Shown here in pieces: positions 12,607 to 23,161 of a DNA stretch of 64,000 bases. Both the position numbers and the translations under genes were made by a program. Under the pieces are notes generated by a model. It had not been told where the DNA came from and ran no database searches. It saw nothing but the letters and a program-made list of their open reading frames with translations. Source of the stretch: Chrysemys picta bellii (Eukaryota); assembly GCF_011386835.1 (NCBI RefSeq), contig NC_088804.1, positions 29,016,001 to 29,080,000 on the forward strand, read 5' to 3'. Position 1 is the first letter of the stretch; each line of letters opens with the position of its first letter.

Positions 12607-13465
12607 GAGAGTTTCCATGAACTGACCTGAAAAGTCACTACCTGCTTCTCCTTCATATTTCTCAAGACCCATTTCTGCTTTGTCCCCCTTGCCTCCTACT
12701 CTTTTTTGCCCTCATTTGCTGTGTCTTGTCTGTGAGTGGGCTGGTGCAATATCTACCTATGGGTCTATGCAAGTTCTGTGTGATGGAGCCCCACTACTAA
12801 CTACAACTTCAGAGCACTTCCACAATATCCCCTGCCCCCTCTCTGCGGTTCAGCAGAGGGGTTGGGAGTACAGTTTGACTGGACCAATAGGGATAACTCC
12901 TGGATTAAGATGCAGGATTGGCTGCTCCAGCACCTTCCTCTCCACACCTGCCCAGAATGTATTACAGAATGTCTCCATCTTCTCCTGCCGTGGTAGGGAG
13001 ACAGTAAAGAAGGGGAGAGCTGATTCGCTCTTGTGCATGTGCCCCCTTCCTCCCCGCTGTATGAAAGCCCTTCTAGGGACACAGCCACCCTGCTACTGTT
13101 GCTGTTCTATGTCGTATAGTTGAGATACAGTTTGAATGGGTTTTATAAGAGGTTGTGGGTCAGACCACATTTTTGGAGATCAAGTAGTAATGTTTCCCTT
13201 TGGAAAGTGTTACCTTCCTCAGAGCATCCTGATGGCCTGGTTTTAGGTTAGTAAGATGTAAGGACAGGTATTTAAAATTAGTGTTTTACGTAGTACCTGC
13301 TGGGTAAGAACATGAGCCCATGCTAACTGCTAGCCTGTAGCACACTAAGCGTCTGTGTGGACCATGCAGCTGCTCACTAAAAATTCCCTAGTGCGTTTAA
13401 CCTGATCTTGTTCCAAAGTAGGGTGGATCAAAGCCCACTAAGGAAATTTTAGTGTGTGGCAGCAG

Positions 13466-13619
13466 TAGATTTGACACCTCTGAGGTATAAAAAAGGGACA
13501 TGGGGGATAATCCTGAGCCCATACAACTGGACAGCTGGTAGTTCACCCTGAGCTGTCTTTCAGATTTCCTGGGACAGCTACCTCAAAAAAGGGATGATCC
13601 CAGACAGATGGCAATCCTA
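13466..13619. mobile_element. hAT MITE (TAGGGTTGCCA-type ends)
   Basis: Perfect 8-bp TSD GGCAGCAG (13458-13465, 13620-13627); right end TGGCAATCCTA; left end decayed (TAGATTTGAC). Confidence 0.85.
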
Positions 13620-13699
13620 GGCAGCAGGGTCCACATGGGCACTTACTGAGCAGCAGGCTAGTGCGGAGTTAATTCACAACTTGGCGTGCCATGAACTAA

Positions 13700-14035
13700 G
13701 GCTACATCTGCACTATGAGCTAGGAGTTTGGTTCCCCTGCTCATGTCTACACACTCATGTTAGCTCTCACTGAGCTAACGCATGTGTAAATAGCAGTGTA
13801 GATGCTGCAGCATGAGTAGCGGTAGCAGAGGCTTGGCTGAGTTGCGCTAAGTACATATTCACCAGTGTCAGGTGGGTTTCTACTTGGCACAGCTCAGCCA
13901 TGCCTCCTCTGTTGCTACTCGTGCTACTGTCTCTACACTGCTTTTTAAAAGCCGTGCTAGCTCGAAGAGAGCTAGCGTGAACTTGTGTACACAAGCAGCA
14001 GAATCACATCTCTAGCTTACAGTGCAGGTATAGAC
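13700..14035. mobile_element. PIF/Harbinger-type MITE
   Basis: Ends GGCTACATCTGCACT / AGTGCAGGTATAGAC; TAA on both sides (13697-13699, 14036-14038). Confidence 0.8.
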
Positions 14036-14038
14036 TAA

Positions 14039-14679
14039 GGGCATGTCTATACTATATAATTAAGTCAACTTAAGTTAGGTCGACACTATGCTCCTTCTGT
14101 CAGTGGTGTGTGTCCTTACCAGGTGTGCTTTATGGTGACCAGACGTCCCGATAAAATCAGGACCATCCTGATATTCAGTCATTTGTCCCACGTTCCGAAA
14201 GATGTATGGTCGGGATGCCATTTATCCTGCTATTCTGGCTTTTTTTTATTTTTTTTTTGCTTCAGAGGTGCTCCGGGCCTGCCCCCCCATGTGTCCCAAT
14301 ATTTTGTTCATGTAATCTGGTCACCCTAGTGCTTGCATAGACTTAAGGGGGCACTGACAGCTGGAGCCCCACTGCCAAGGTCGGACAGCTTGAGCTGTCA
14401 AGGCTGGGGCAGTGGGGCTCCAGCTGTCAGCCCTGGGGAGCAGGGTTCTGGCTGTCAAAGGCAGCCACAGGCGACATAGACAATGTTGTGTCTACATGGA
14501 AACTGTGTTGACCTAACTACATCATCCTAATTCAGACACCTCTTGTGGAGGTGGAGTTATTAGGTCAGTGTAATGGGGGAGTTAAATCCGCAGGAGGTAC
14601 ACTTCAGTGAAGATGCTTACACAGTTAGCTCGACATAAGCTGTCTTACGTCAACCTAACTTTGTAGCGTAAACCAGGCG
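14039..14679. mobile_element. PIF/Harbinger-type MITE
   Basis: Ends GGGCATGTCTATACTA / TAGCGTAAACCAGGCG; TAA on both sides (14036-14038, 14680-14682); contains a hAT MITE. Confidence 0.8.
14131..14328. mobile_element. hAT MITE (TAGGGTGACC-type ends)
   Basis: Ends TATGGTGACCAGAC / ATCTGGTCACCCTA; flanks share GTGCTT (6 bp). Confidence 0.85.
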
Positions 14680-14869
14680 TAAATGATCGTGTGTATGAGC
14701 TCTAAAGAGAAGTGCAGAAGTGGTGCAACCGCAGCTAGCATTCTAGCCTTGTGCACAGAAACTGACTTCCTGGTGCCTCCTCCAGTCTCTTCCCTCCTGC
14801 AGCTTGTGCTCTATTCTTCAAGCTCCCTGGAGAGTGCTATAGTAAGTTTAATAAGCAGAGGTTGTACTT

Positions 14870-15200
14870 TCACTGCAACTTGGGTCCAGTGTCCAGCACG
14901 GGTGAGAGGCTCAAAGGGATTGGCTCCCTGAGGTAGACATGAGACTAGGGTGATGACTAGTGGATCTTATTAACCTGTAGGGAGGAAGGGAGACTGTTAG
15001 TCTTTGCAGACTGAGGTACCCTGCATGTGTATTCTCATTCCATTTAAAGAGGGGAGGGTGAGAGGATTGAAAGGGGATCTGAATCCTAGGGGCTATGCTG
15101 AAGTGGAGTGACCATGAATATTGGTATGGCATGAGGCCATTTAACATGAATAAAAACTTGGTGTTTAGGGACGAGATTAGCCTCTCCCATAAAGGTTGAC
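14870..15200 (+). mobile_element. Possible decayed LTR fragment
   Basis: Purine-rich segment with TTTAAAG followed by AATAAA near 15148; no clear termini. Confidence 0.3.
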
Positions 15201-17074
15201 TTAATTAAAACAAGGTCTGCCTTTTAAAATCTATCTCTGAGTTTCATGTTTTTGCATGCCCTAATCAGTATTAACAAATATCAAATATGTAAAACTGGGT
15301 AAGCTAGATTAGAAGCTGCCTCTAAAAATATGATTGATAATGTTTAACTATTGGAGACAGAATCCAAATGTAATATACTGGCTTGGTATACATTTCCCTT
15401 TAATGTCTAAGTCCAGCAAGTATAATAGCCTACTACTTTCTGACAGGTAAAAGAGTTCTTCAATTGAATCGATAAAGGTCTGCCCTATTGTGGTGAAAAT
15501 CACAAATCTGATCCCCATGAACTGCCGTGGTGGCTAAACATCTGAGCCACGCCTTAAGACAAGCCCCATTTCTGACCATTGGAGTGTTTGGCATCTGAGT
15601 ATGAATTGTGCCTCTTGAGCTACATACAATTCACATAGGAAAAATGTGTTTAAACAGGCTAATCTGTAAAAACTCTATATGAATTTAGCGGATCCCAAAT
15701 ATGTATATCCACAAACCTTTCGAGCTATTTCAGTCTAGTGAATTAATAACACACTTTAATGGAAGATTATAAAGGAAATGAAATACAAGATATACATTTA
15801 AATAACATTAAGGTTATAATATAAAAGAAGAAAAGCCTAGACATTCTGAATTAAACTGATACTCCAGGCCCTTTCTTTATATTTCATATGGGATTGAGTT
15901 GAAGATGGATTGTCAGTGTTAATGTTGAATTTCCAGACATCTGTCTGTTCTTAGAAGAAGCTTAATGACAATATAACTTAAATATAGCTTTTGATGTTCA
16001 ATTTCTTTCACAATATCTTTCATGGGAGAACATACAAAGCTTTTCTTTCCTGTTATAACCTTAGGGCCAAGCTTTCAAAGTCTCACTTTTTAAAAAAAAA
16101 ACCTGCATATCTAATTAAAGTGGGAGACACATAGCTTACCTATCTTGCTCAACTTTTCTTAAATTTACCTATTAACGCTGGTTTTGAAAAAAAAATCAGG
16201 TAATTTTAGTACTCATGGAAAGTGGCAGGCTGTTGGACTAAATGTGCAACAGCACAATTGTGGAGTTGCTAGTAGGCAGTAGGATTTACCAAACACAATA
16301 GGAGTTATGGATACCATAAGGTAAATAACTCTAAACTTCTGTTTTAATATATATCAACACACATTTCTGATTTTAATGACATTTCCATATAAATACATTA
16401 TGCTGAGTTTTAAGGGAAATAGTTAAGTCCTACTATATTACAGTTGGTAAAGAGCTGGGCTAAATCCTGCCTGTGCTATACTGAGCCATGGAAGAATACA
16501 TGGGGCCAGTATAAGACAGGATAAATTAGGGTTCTGGGGCAATGTACACTAATGCATCCATTACGGGTCAAAGTGCAGTGACCATGAATGGAAGATGATC
16601 ATTTCATGTACCTTTTGCTGGATTTTGAATGATCGTTGTACATCTTATGTCTTCTGTTTGATCTTTGTCTTTTGTTAGCATGTGGCCATACAGACTCCCC
16701 TAGGTCCTATTGCCAAAGTCATTCTGGTCCCATTTGAGCAAAACACTTAAGCATGAGTTACCGTGCTTTGCTAAACCGGGAGCTAGATGCACAAGCAGTC
16801 TGTTGTGCCTAATTACACTCCCAGTTCAGCAGGTCATGCCCCAGTGGGGCTGTTGTGAACTGATGGATGCATTTAGATCTTCCCTCGGTAGTGATGATAA
16901 GAACACATGGATTGGAATCCGGTACAACTGCTGCACAGGTGCATCATGTTTTAAGTGTTTCCTCTCTTCCCAACATTAGAGAAACCAAGGACTGTGGGTT
17001 AGATTTTGTTCTCAAGAGAATGAAAAAATGGCCTGACAGGTACAGAAAAATATACAAAGAGATTAAGGATGATC

Positions 17075-17127
17075 TTGTGGTTCAGGGACTGGACTGGGAC
17101 TCGGGAGATTAGATTTCAGTTCCTGGC
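17075..17127 (+). mobile_element. tRNA-derived SINE head fragment
   Basis: GTGGTT...GGACTGGGACTCGGGAGA...TTTCAGTTCCTGGC resembles the MIR-type heads elsewhere in the window. Confidence 0.5.
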
Positions 17128-17129
17128 AT

Positions 17130-18141
17130 GGGGAAGCCTCTCCGCCCCTCAGTTAAGGTCTGGAGTGGGGGAGGAAGCAATTTCCAGCCTATTCATGCCC
17201 CAAACCTGCAGGATCCAAAGCAGCCCCCGGGCCAGGGCTTAGCACCCTGTTCAGCCCCCCTCACCCAGGTCCTGCCCCCAGGGAGCACGGGCCTGCTCCA
17301 TCCCCTAGACACCTTCCCCTGCTGAGTCACCTCTCTGTCCGGGTTCACTGAAGCCCCTGCAATCAGGTTCCGTGGTCCCTGGTTCACAATGTGTCCTTAC
17401 GTCTTAACCCCCTTGCAGGCGCTGTAGCTGGGGGACCGGAGGCGGCTGGGTTATGTCAGTGGCCAGCAGCAGCCTAGAAGTGTTAGCTGCCTTTGGACAC
17501 TGTACAGGCAGGAAGGAATAAGCTGCTTCCAGCCACAAGGGAGCAGGGGCCAGGAGAGGGAAGAGATGAACTCTGCAAAGACAGGGGCCAGGCCATCCTT
17601 TCCCCACTCCTCGTGCGGCTGGAAGCATCTCCCATCCCTTCCCTTCCCTTCCCTTCCCTTCCCTTCCCTCCTGCACAGTGCCGAAAGGCTGCTGCTGGCC
17701 ACATTCTGATGTGAACCCTGGCAGAAATCTGGGGGGGGGGGAGAGGCATGTGACCCTGCATCCCCCCTGCCCATGTTGCCTCGGGAAGACGCAGCACCAG
17801 GTACCAGGAGAGGCGGGTCCATCCAGGGGGCCCAGCCAGGCATGGAGGGTGGAGAGCACTGGGCAGGGAAGGGAGAGTCTGCCCCCCCACACCATGTGAG
17901 AGAGGTATATGGGAGTGTGTGTGTCACCCCTCCCATTGTGAACCCTAAAGCCTCAAAGATAAGAAGGTAAATAAAAAGAATCCAACTACGCAATATTTCT
18001 TTTTAACATGGACTCAGTCAACTTAATGTTAATTTGAATGTTTGTACTGCATAGTTCTAACTGATTGCCATTAAACTCGCTTGAATATGAGTAATTTTAC
18101 CAGGTGTCCCGTATTCAGCATAGGGAAATATGGTCATCCTA
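17130..18141. mobile_element. GC-rich non-autonomous hAT derivative with one recognisable terminus
   Basis: Right end GGGAAATATGGTCATCCTA (TAGGGTGACC-type TIR); GC-rich low-complexity interior explains the overlapping spurious ORFs; no left TIR or TSD found. Confidence 0.55.
17636..17669. repeat. (CCCTT)6+ pentanucleotide repeat
   Basis: Read directly from the sequence. Confidence 0.95.
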
Positions 18142-18192
18142 CAAAATGGGTAGTTGGACACCCAATTCTCAATTGTTCCTTTGAAAATTTCC

Positions 18193-18330
18193 TGCTTAGA
18201 GTTCGAGCTCTTTGGGACAGGGACTGTCTCTTATTTTGTACAGAGTATAACTCATGGGTCCCCAGTACTAGTTGGAGTATCTAGGCACTACTATAATACA
18301 ATAATAATAAATAAAATAACAACAACAAAA
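18193..18330 (+). mobile_element. L2-type SINE/LINE 3' tail
   Basis: GAGCTCTTTGGGACAGGGACTGTCTCTT...CTAGGCACTACTATAATACAATAATAATAA parallels the tail of the SINE at 36656-36919. Confidence 0.6.
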
Positions 18331-19835
18331 TCTAGAGAAGATGAAATCAAGGATGGAGAAATGGATATGTGTCACATATTAAAAGCATTAACCTTCAAAA
18401 TCTGATGCAAAGTTTTTCAGTAAGAAATGCAAGTTGCACATGAGAGTGTGTATTTCAGTCACATTGGCAGGCTTCAGAGTTAATTTCTAATTTTTTAAAG
18501 TCGATTAGAGCTACCATATCATTAAGATCTTACAATTACATCTGAACAATAAAGTGTATTATTAATAGGATAGTTATGGCCTGTGAGTATTTTATATTGT
18601 TGTTTGTTATTTACTCTTAAAGAGAGATTTTAATCAAGTTTACCATTCTCATAAAGTCTGTTTTGCATTTAAATAAGCACCCTTAAAAATTGATCCATTT
18701 TGTATAATTGAGCAAAGCCTCATTCTGAAACTTAAGGGTAATTTATTATACTGAATCTGCTGGCAAGAAATATGTATTGCATTATATTTAATCTTATCAA
18801 ATTTCTGCTGATTTGTAATGACAATGTCTGTTTATCATAATTATTCTGAGTTGCCTGGGTTAATAAAACCTGAAGAACTATGTGGGAATTGTACCAATAC
18901 AGAATGTTAAATTTATTATTTATATATGGTTATCTGATACCAGTGGTCCTTCATGGCTCTATGAAGCCATTTATTTCAGTACTGTCTCTACTACCACAAT
19001 TGTTTAATGGTTTCAGTGTATGAAACCCCAGTTTTCAAGAATTTATAACTTGATAATATGCTCAAGGAAAAATATATCCTGCAATAGCCCAACACAGGAT
19101 TAATTTTCAAATTAAATTTGATATGAAGAGTGTGTTTTATTTTATTTTATTGAAATTGTTAAAGTTACATGCTCTTACACTGTAACTTAAAAAAGTCTTC
19201 ATTTTTTGTAATGATCACTTGAAGGCAATTATGGTAGAGAGTAATTGTATTCACTCACTTGGGGCCATATTATCCATAATTTTTTAAGCAGAACTCCCAA
19301 TTGGCTTCTATATTGATTCCATACTATATCATCAATTTTTAATCAGAACTCCCCATTGAAAGTAATGTGATACTTTCAAATGGTGTTGTTTTTTTTAAAG
19401 CAGAACTACCTGTCTAGTAAGGCTCTTGGAAGACATACAATACAAATCACACTTATTTTATTTGGATATTATGCTTAGATTTGCTCTCCCTTTTGTAAGA
19501 TTACCACTTGGAATCTAGAGTACATATGTGATAGTTTCTTTGACACAAGACTATGGTTTCTCTTAGAATTACATTTCTAGGCAAAGGACCTGTGCAAAAA
19601 AAATTGTATTCAAAGCCAAATTACTGACACTTCAAAATGGTTGCAAACACTTATAAAATGGTTGCAAATTTGAGAAATTTTGCTTCACAAAAGCCTAAAT
19701 AGAAACCATAAAAAATGCAAAGAAATGTTTTAGGTATTTAAGGGAAACAAACCCTCAAATGAAAAATAAATAAGTATGTTTAAAAGCTATTAAATGAACA
19801 AAACATATGTTCATTTTGAGCATTGAGAATATTAT

Positions 19836-20081
19836 TGTCTAGGCTAACAGATTGGAATGGGGTGTCCAGAGATCTGGGGTCCATTTCTAGTTCTGCCACA
19901 GAGTTCTTCTCTGACCATTCTTAAATCAGTATTATCTTTATTGTACAGATGTGGAAATAAGCCACCAAAAGGTTAATACTCTTACCTACTTCACAGAGAT
20001 GATGTGCAACTTGTAAATATTCAGAAAATGCATTGAGATCCTCAGAAAGTAGGCACTACTGAAATGCAAAGTATTATTATT
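19836..20081 (+). mobile_element. MIR/CORE-type SINE, decayed
   Basis: tRNA-like head, TTCTGCCACAGA core, tail ...TGAGATCCTC...GGCACTA...AAAGTATTATTATT. Confidence 0.6.
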
Positions 20082-21490
20082 GCCGTAAGAAAAATGGTAC
20101 CTGGAATTAAGTACCTGGAAGTAAAAAAAATAAAACCAGTGGTAAATATGTTCAGAGTCAATAAGCTAAAAAATGACAAGAGTTACTGTTGTACTTCACA
20201 ATTCAATATAATGCAAACTTTGCTTGCTCAAATGAGGACTTTATTGAAGTTTATAGATAGACTTTATGGCTTGTTTGTCACAATGAAAGTTGTAATGCGT
20301 CTGTTTCACTTTATGCTCTATACTGTCTGGACCTCATACACTCTATTTTCATAACAATCAAAGGGAAAAAAACAAATGGTCTAACTTTCTCTGTATCAAA
20401 TCAAACGCACTAGTTTAACTTGTTAAAATAATTGTCTTGCAATGATTGATCAAACCATATCAAGATAATAAGGTTTTCTGGCCCTGAGGAGGATTAATCT
20501 AATTTTAGGAGGGATTCTGATCTCGCTGTTGTGCTTTATCACTTTTAATCTCAGCACTTTTTTTTGAATTTGCTCTGCAAAATTCAATATACTTTTAGTT
20601 GACAGATGAAGACAGAGAATGGTCTTCTTACACTACATTGTCTTGTGTCAACCCTGTTTTAAATCTTGCTGTCATTACTTGAACAAGTCCAATCAAAGTG
20701 TTATTTTGCCAATACATAATAGGCCGGAAATGCTTGGTATAATTCCTCCACCCTGTAGAAAGTCTCTCTCAAATATATAAGTAATAAACCAAACTTGAAC
20801 ACCACTGAGGCTAACTGGTTCTTTAATCATTTGGATAAAGGATTGTTGGTCAAGAAAACTGATGTGTAATAGTGTCATCTATCTTTGAATGCCCCAATAA
20901 TTCAATGAGGAGACTTTTATCCGACTTGAAGCTGACTCAGACTTCTAATAGCCGAAACATAAAAAGATGTTTTAAAAGTTGCTAGAGGAACCAACCACTC
21001 TTCACAACTTATAACTGCATCTCATCTGCATTGGAAAGGGCTTAATCCTATGAAGGGATAGAGACAGAGACAAATTAACTCCCTTTGCTAAGGATAAAAA
21101 CTTATTGCAAACTGCCTACTCCAGTAGTACAGTAGGGACAGTAGTAAGTAATAAAATGTTTGCCTCAACCTCTGTTGGCTCCGTATCATACTGGCATCAA
21201 TTTTGGCAAACAGATCATCAAGGATATGCGAGAATGCATTGGTCACAATGTTCTAGTAATCAGAAAGCTATTAGTGCCTCATAACATCACATTATGAAGT
21301 CAAATTGTAATGAGAATTGAAAAATGTTATGAAACTCGTAAGCTATTTTGGGCAGAGGCTGTCCTGTTTGTTAACAAATAATAAATCATCTGGATATTCA
21401 TTTTCTCCCTCTTTTGAACTCTGGGTGTTCCCCTAATTTACTGTTGCCTCATGCTACGAGCCCTCTAACCCCAGGTAAATGCGTCACTGC

Positions 21491-21615
21491 TAGGGTGACC
21501 AGACAGCAAGTGTGAAAAATCGGGACAGGGAGTGGGAGGGTAATAGGAGCTTATACAAGAAAAAGACCCAAAAATCAGGACTATCCCTCTAAAATCGGGA
21601 CATCTGGTCACCCTA
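21491..21615 (-). mobile_element. hAT MITE, 125 bp
   Basis: TIRs TAGGGTGACCAGA / TCTGGTCACCCTA; TSD GTCACTGC / ATCACTGC (7 of 8); same family as 58425-58546 in the opposite orientation. Confidence 0.95.
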
Positions 21616-21889
21616 ATCACTGCACATGGCTATTCTTTGTCTTTCTCCTACAGCTGTTCATTACATAACACTTCCAGTGTACAAGTCAACTGCTGAATCT
21701 GGCCTACATACTTCAATGGGTTGTATTGGACCTTCTCATCCCCTGCCTATGGAACAGGGAAAAAAATCTGCCTTCACAGTAACATACTGGGCTGAGGTGT
21801 AGAGGGGAGATGGGAAAGTTGTGGGAACAGAAGATCAATAGCTATGCAGATCTCCTGTCCTCTTTCACATACTGTGGATCAGATGGTAA

Positions 21890-22025
21890 GGCCCTAACTC
21901 AGATACTTCAGCATGTGCAGAGCTTTAATCGTTCAAGCAGTCCCATTAAATCCTGTTGCAGTCAATGGGACTGCTCCTATGCTTAAAGTTATCCATATGC
22001 TTAAACATCCTTCTGAATGCAGGCC
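21890..22025. mobile_element. GGCC-ended palindromic MITE (PIF/Harbinger-type)
   Basis: GGCCC...GGCC ends, internal GCAGTCCCATT / AATGGGACTGC inverted pair, flanks TAA / TCA. Confidence 0.55.
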
Positions 22026-22629
22026 TCAGTGGATAAGGAAGGAAAGTAAGTTGAGGATTTCTCCTCCACTGTTCTATAAAGCTAAACAGTTCTTGTACAG
22101 TGGTACCTAATGAGGCTGCCTCTGTTCCCCCATATACAGTGAAAAGTATCTACACTAGTCTTTTTTGAATTATTTTTGTTGTGTTTTATTTTGGCTCTAT
22201 GCTCTCTGGTTATTTTTGGTTCTTAATCTTATTACTCTGCACTTCTGTACAAGTGAACTGACTAAGCTACTTACCAGACTCTAAGCTGAATCTATCCAGA
22301 TCATTTTGAATTTATTTGCTCTGTACTGGCTTTATCCTCCTTCTCTAATTTTATGTCATTGGCAAATTTAGGTCAGTAAGTTACAAAGAAAACACAAGTG
22401 GCCCTAATACTGTGCTTTCCGATGTCTGATTTAACTCTCTCCTGGATTCTTTTCTACTCACACCCTAAAACAATTTCCCAGGAATTGCTATAGCTCTCCA
22501 GAATAGCATACTTTCTTTGTAGCGAAGACATTTCTCCTGAAATACAGCTAAAATAAGTACTAAGTTTCCTCTTTTTCACCAGTTGAGTAAGCATTATCAT
22601 ACTCTTCAAGAGAGAGGAAGAATTGGCAG

Positions 22630-22775
22630 TCTCAGATTCTGGAACTCTCATTCCAGCCCTGACACAGATACCCTCTGTAGCCTTGGGAAAGTCACTTAAC
22701 CTCTCTGTTTAATTTTCTCTGTGACAAATACCATGGGGTGCTGCAAGGATTACTTTTGCAAAGACTTCTGGAAGA
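22630..22775 (+). mobile_element. MIR/CORE-type SINE fragment
   Basis: CCTTGGGAAAGTCACTTAACCTCTCTG core motif. Confidence 0.55.
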
Positions 22776-22790
22776 AACTGAAAAATTGGT

Positions 22791-23161
22791 GTCAAGAATC
22801 AGAGGGTTAGCCGTGTTAGTCTGGATCTGTAAAAAGCAACAAAGAGTCCTGTGGCACCTTAAAGACTAACAGATGTATTGGAGCAGGGGTCGGCAACGTT
22901 TGGCATGCGGCTCGCCAGGGTAAGCACCCTGGCGGGCCGGGCCAATTTTATTTGCCTGCTGACGCGGCAGGTTCGGCCGATCGCGGCCCCCACTGGCCAC
23001 GGTTCGCCGTCCCGGGCCAATGGGGACGGCGGGAAGCGGCGCAGGCGAGCGATGTGCTGGCCAAATGTTGCCAACCCCTGTATTGGAGCATAAGCTTTCA
23101 TGGGTGAATACCCACTTCGCAATACATCTGTTAGTCTTTAAGGTGCCACAGGACTCTTTTT
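22791..23161. mobile_element. Fold-back Penelope-like element fragment (pseudo-LTR plus inverted partial copy)
   Basis: Perfect 40-bp inverted repeat 22841-22880 / 23120-23159; 12-bp direct repeat TGAAAAATTGGT at 22779-22790 and 23162-23173; sequence matches the turtle Penelope pLTR motif as I recall it. Confidence 0.85.
22884..23080 (+). mobile_element. hAT MITE, 197 bp, right arm largely deleted
   Basis: TIRs CAGGGGTCGGCAAC / GTTGCCAACCCCTG (13 of 14); perfect 8-bp TSD TATTGGAG (22876-22883, 23081-23088). Confidence 0.95.

Larger units (their letters stand above)
13330..14702. mobile_element. Outer PIF/Harbinger-type MITE, split by nested insertions
   Basis: Body 13330-13696 (split by a hAT MITE) resumes at 14683-14702 after two inserted MITEs and is followed by TAA; left end eroded. 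Confidence 0.55.

Noticed and set aside
12680-13123. 147-aa ORF
   Set aside because: Begins in SINE/L2-tail sequence; no domain similarity; non-ATG start.
17404-17993. Three overlapping 135-180-aa minus-strand ORFs
   Set aside because: GC-rich TE interior plus (CCCTT)n give stop-poor frames (REGKG repeats).
17020-18149. Possible TSD AAAAATGG / CAAAATGG for the large hAT derivative
   Set aside because: No TIR follows the left copy.
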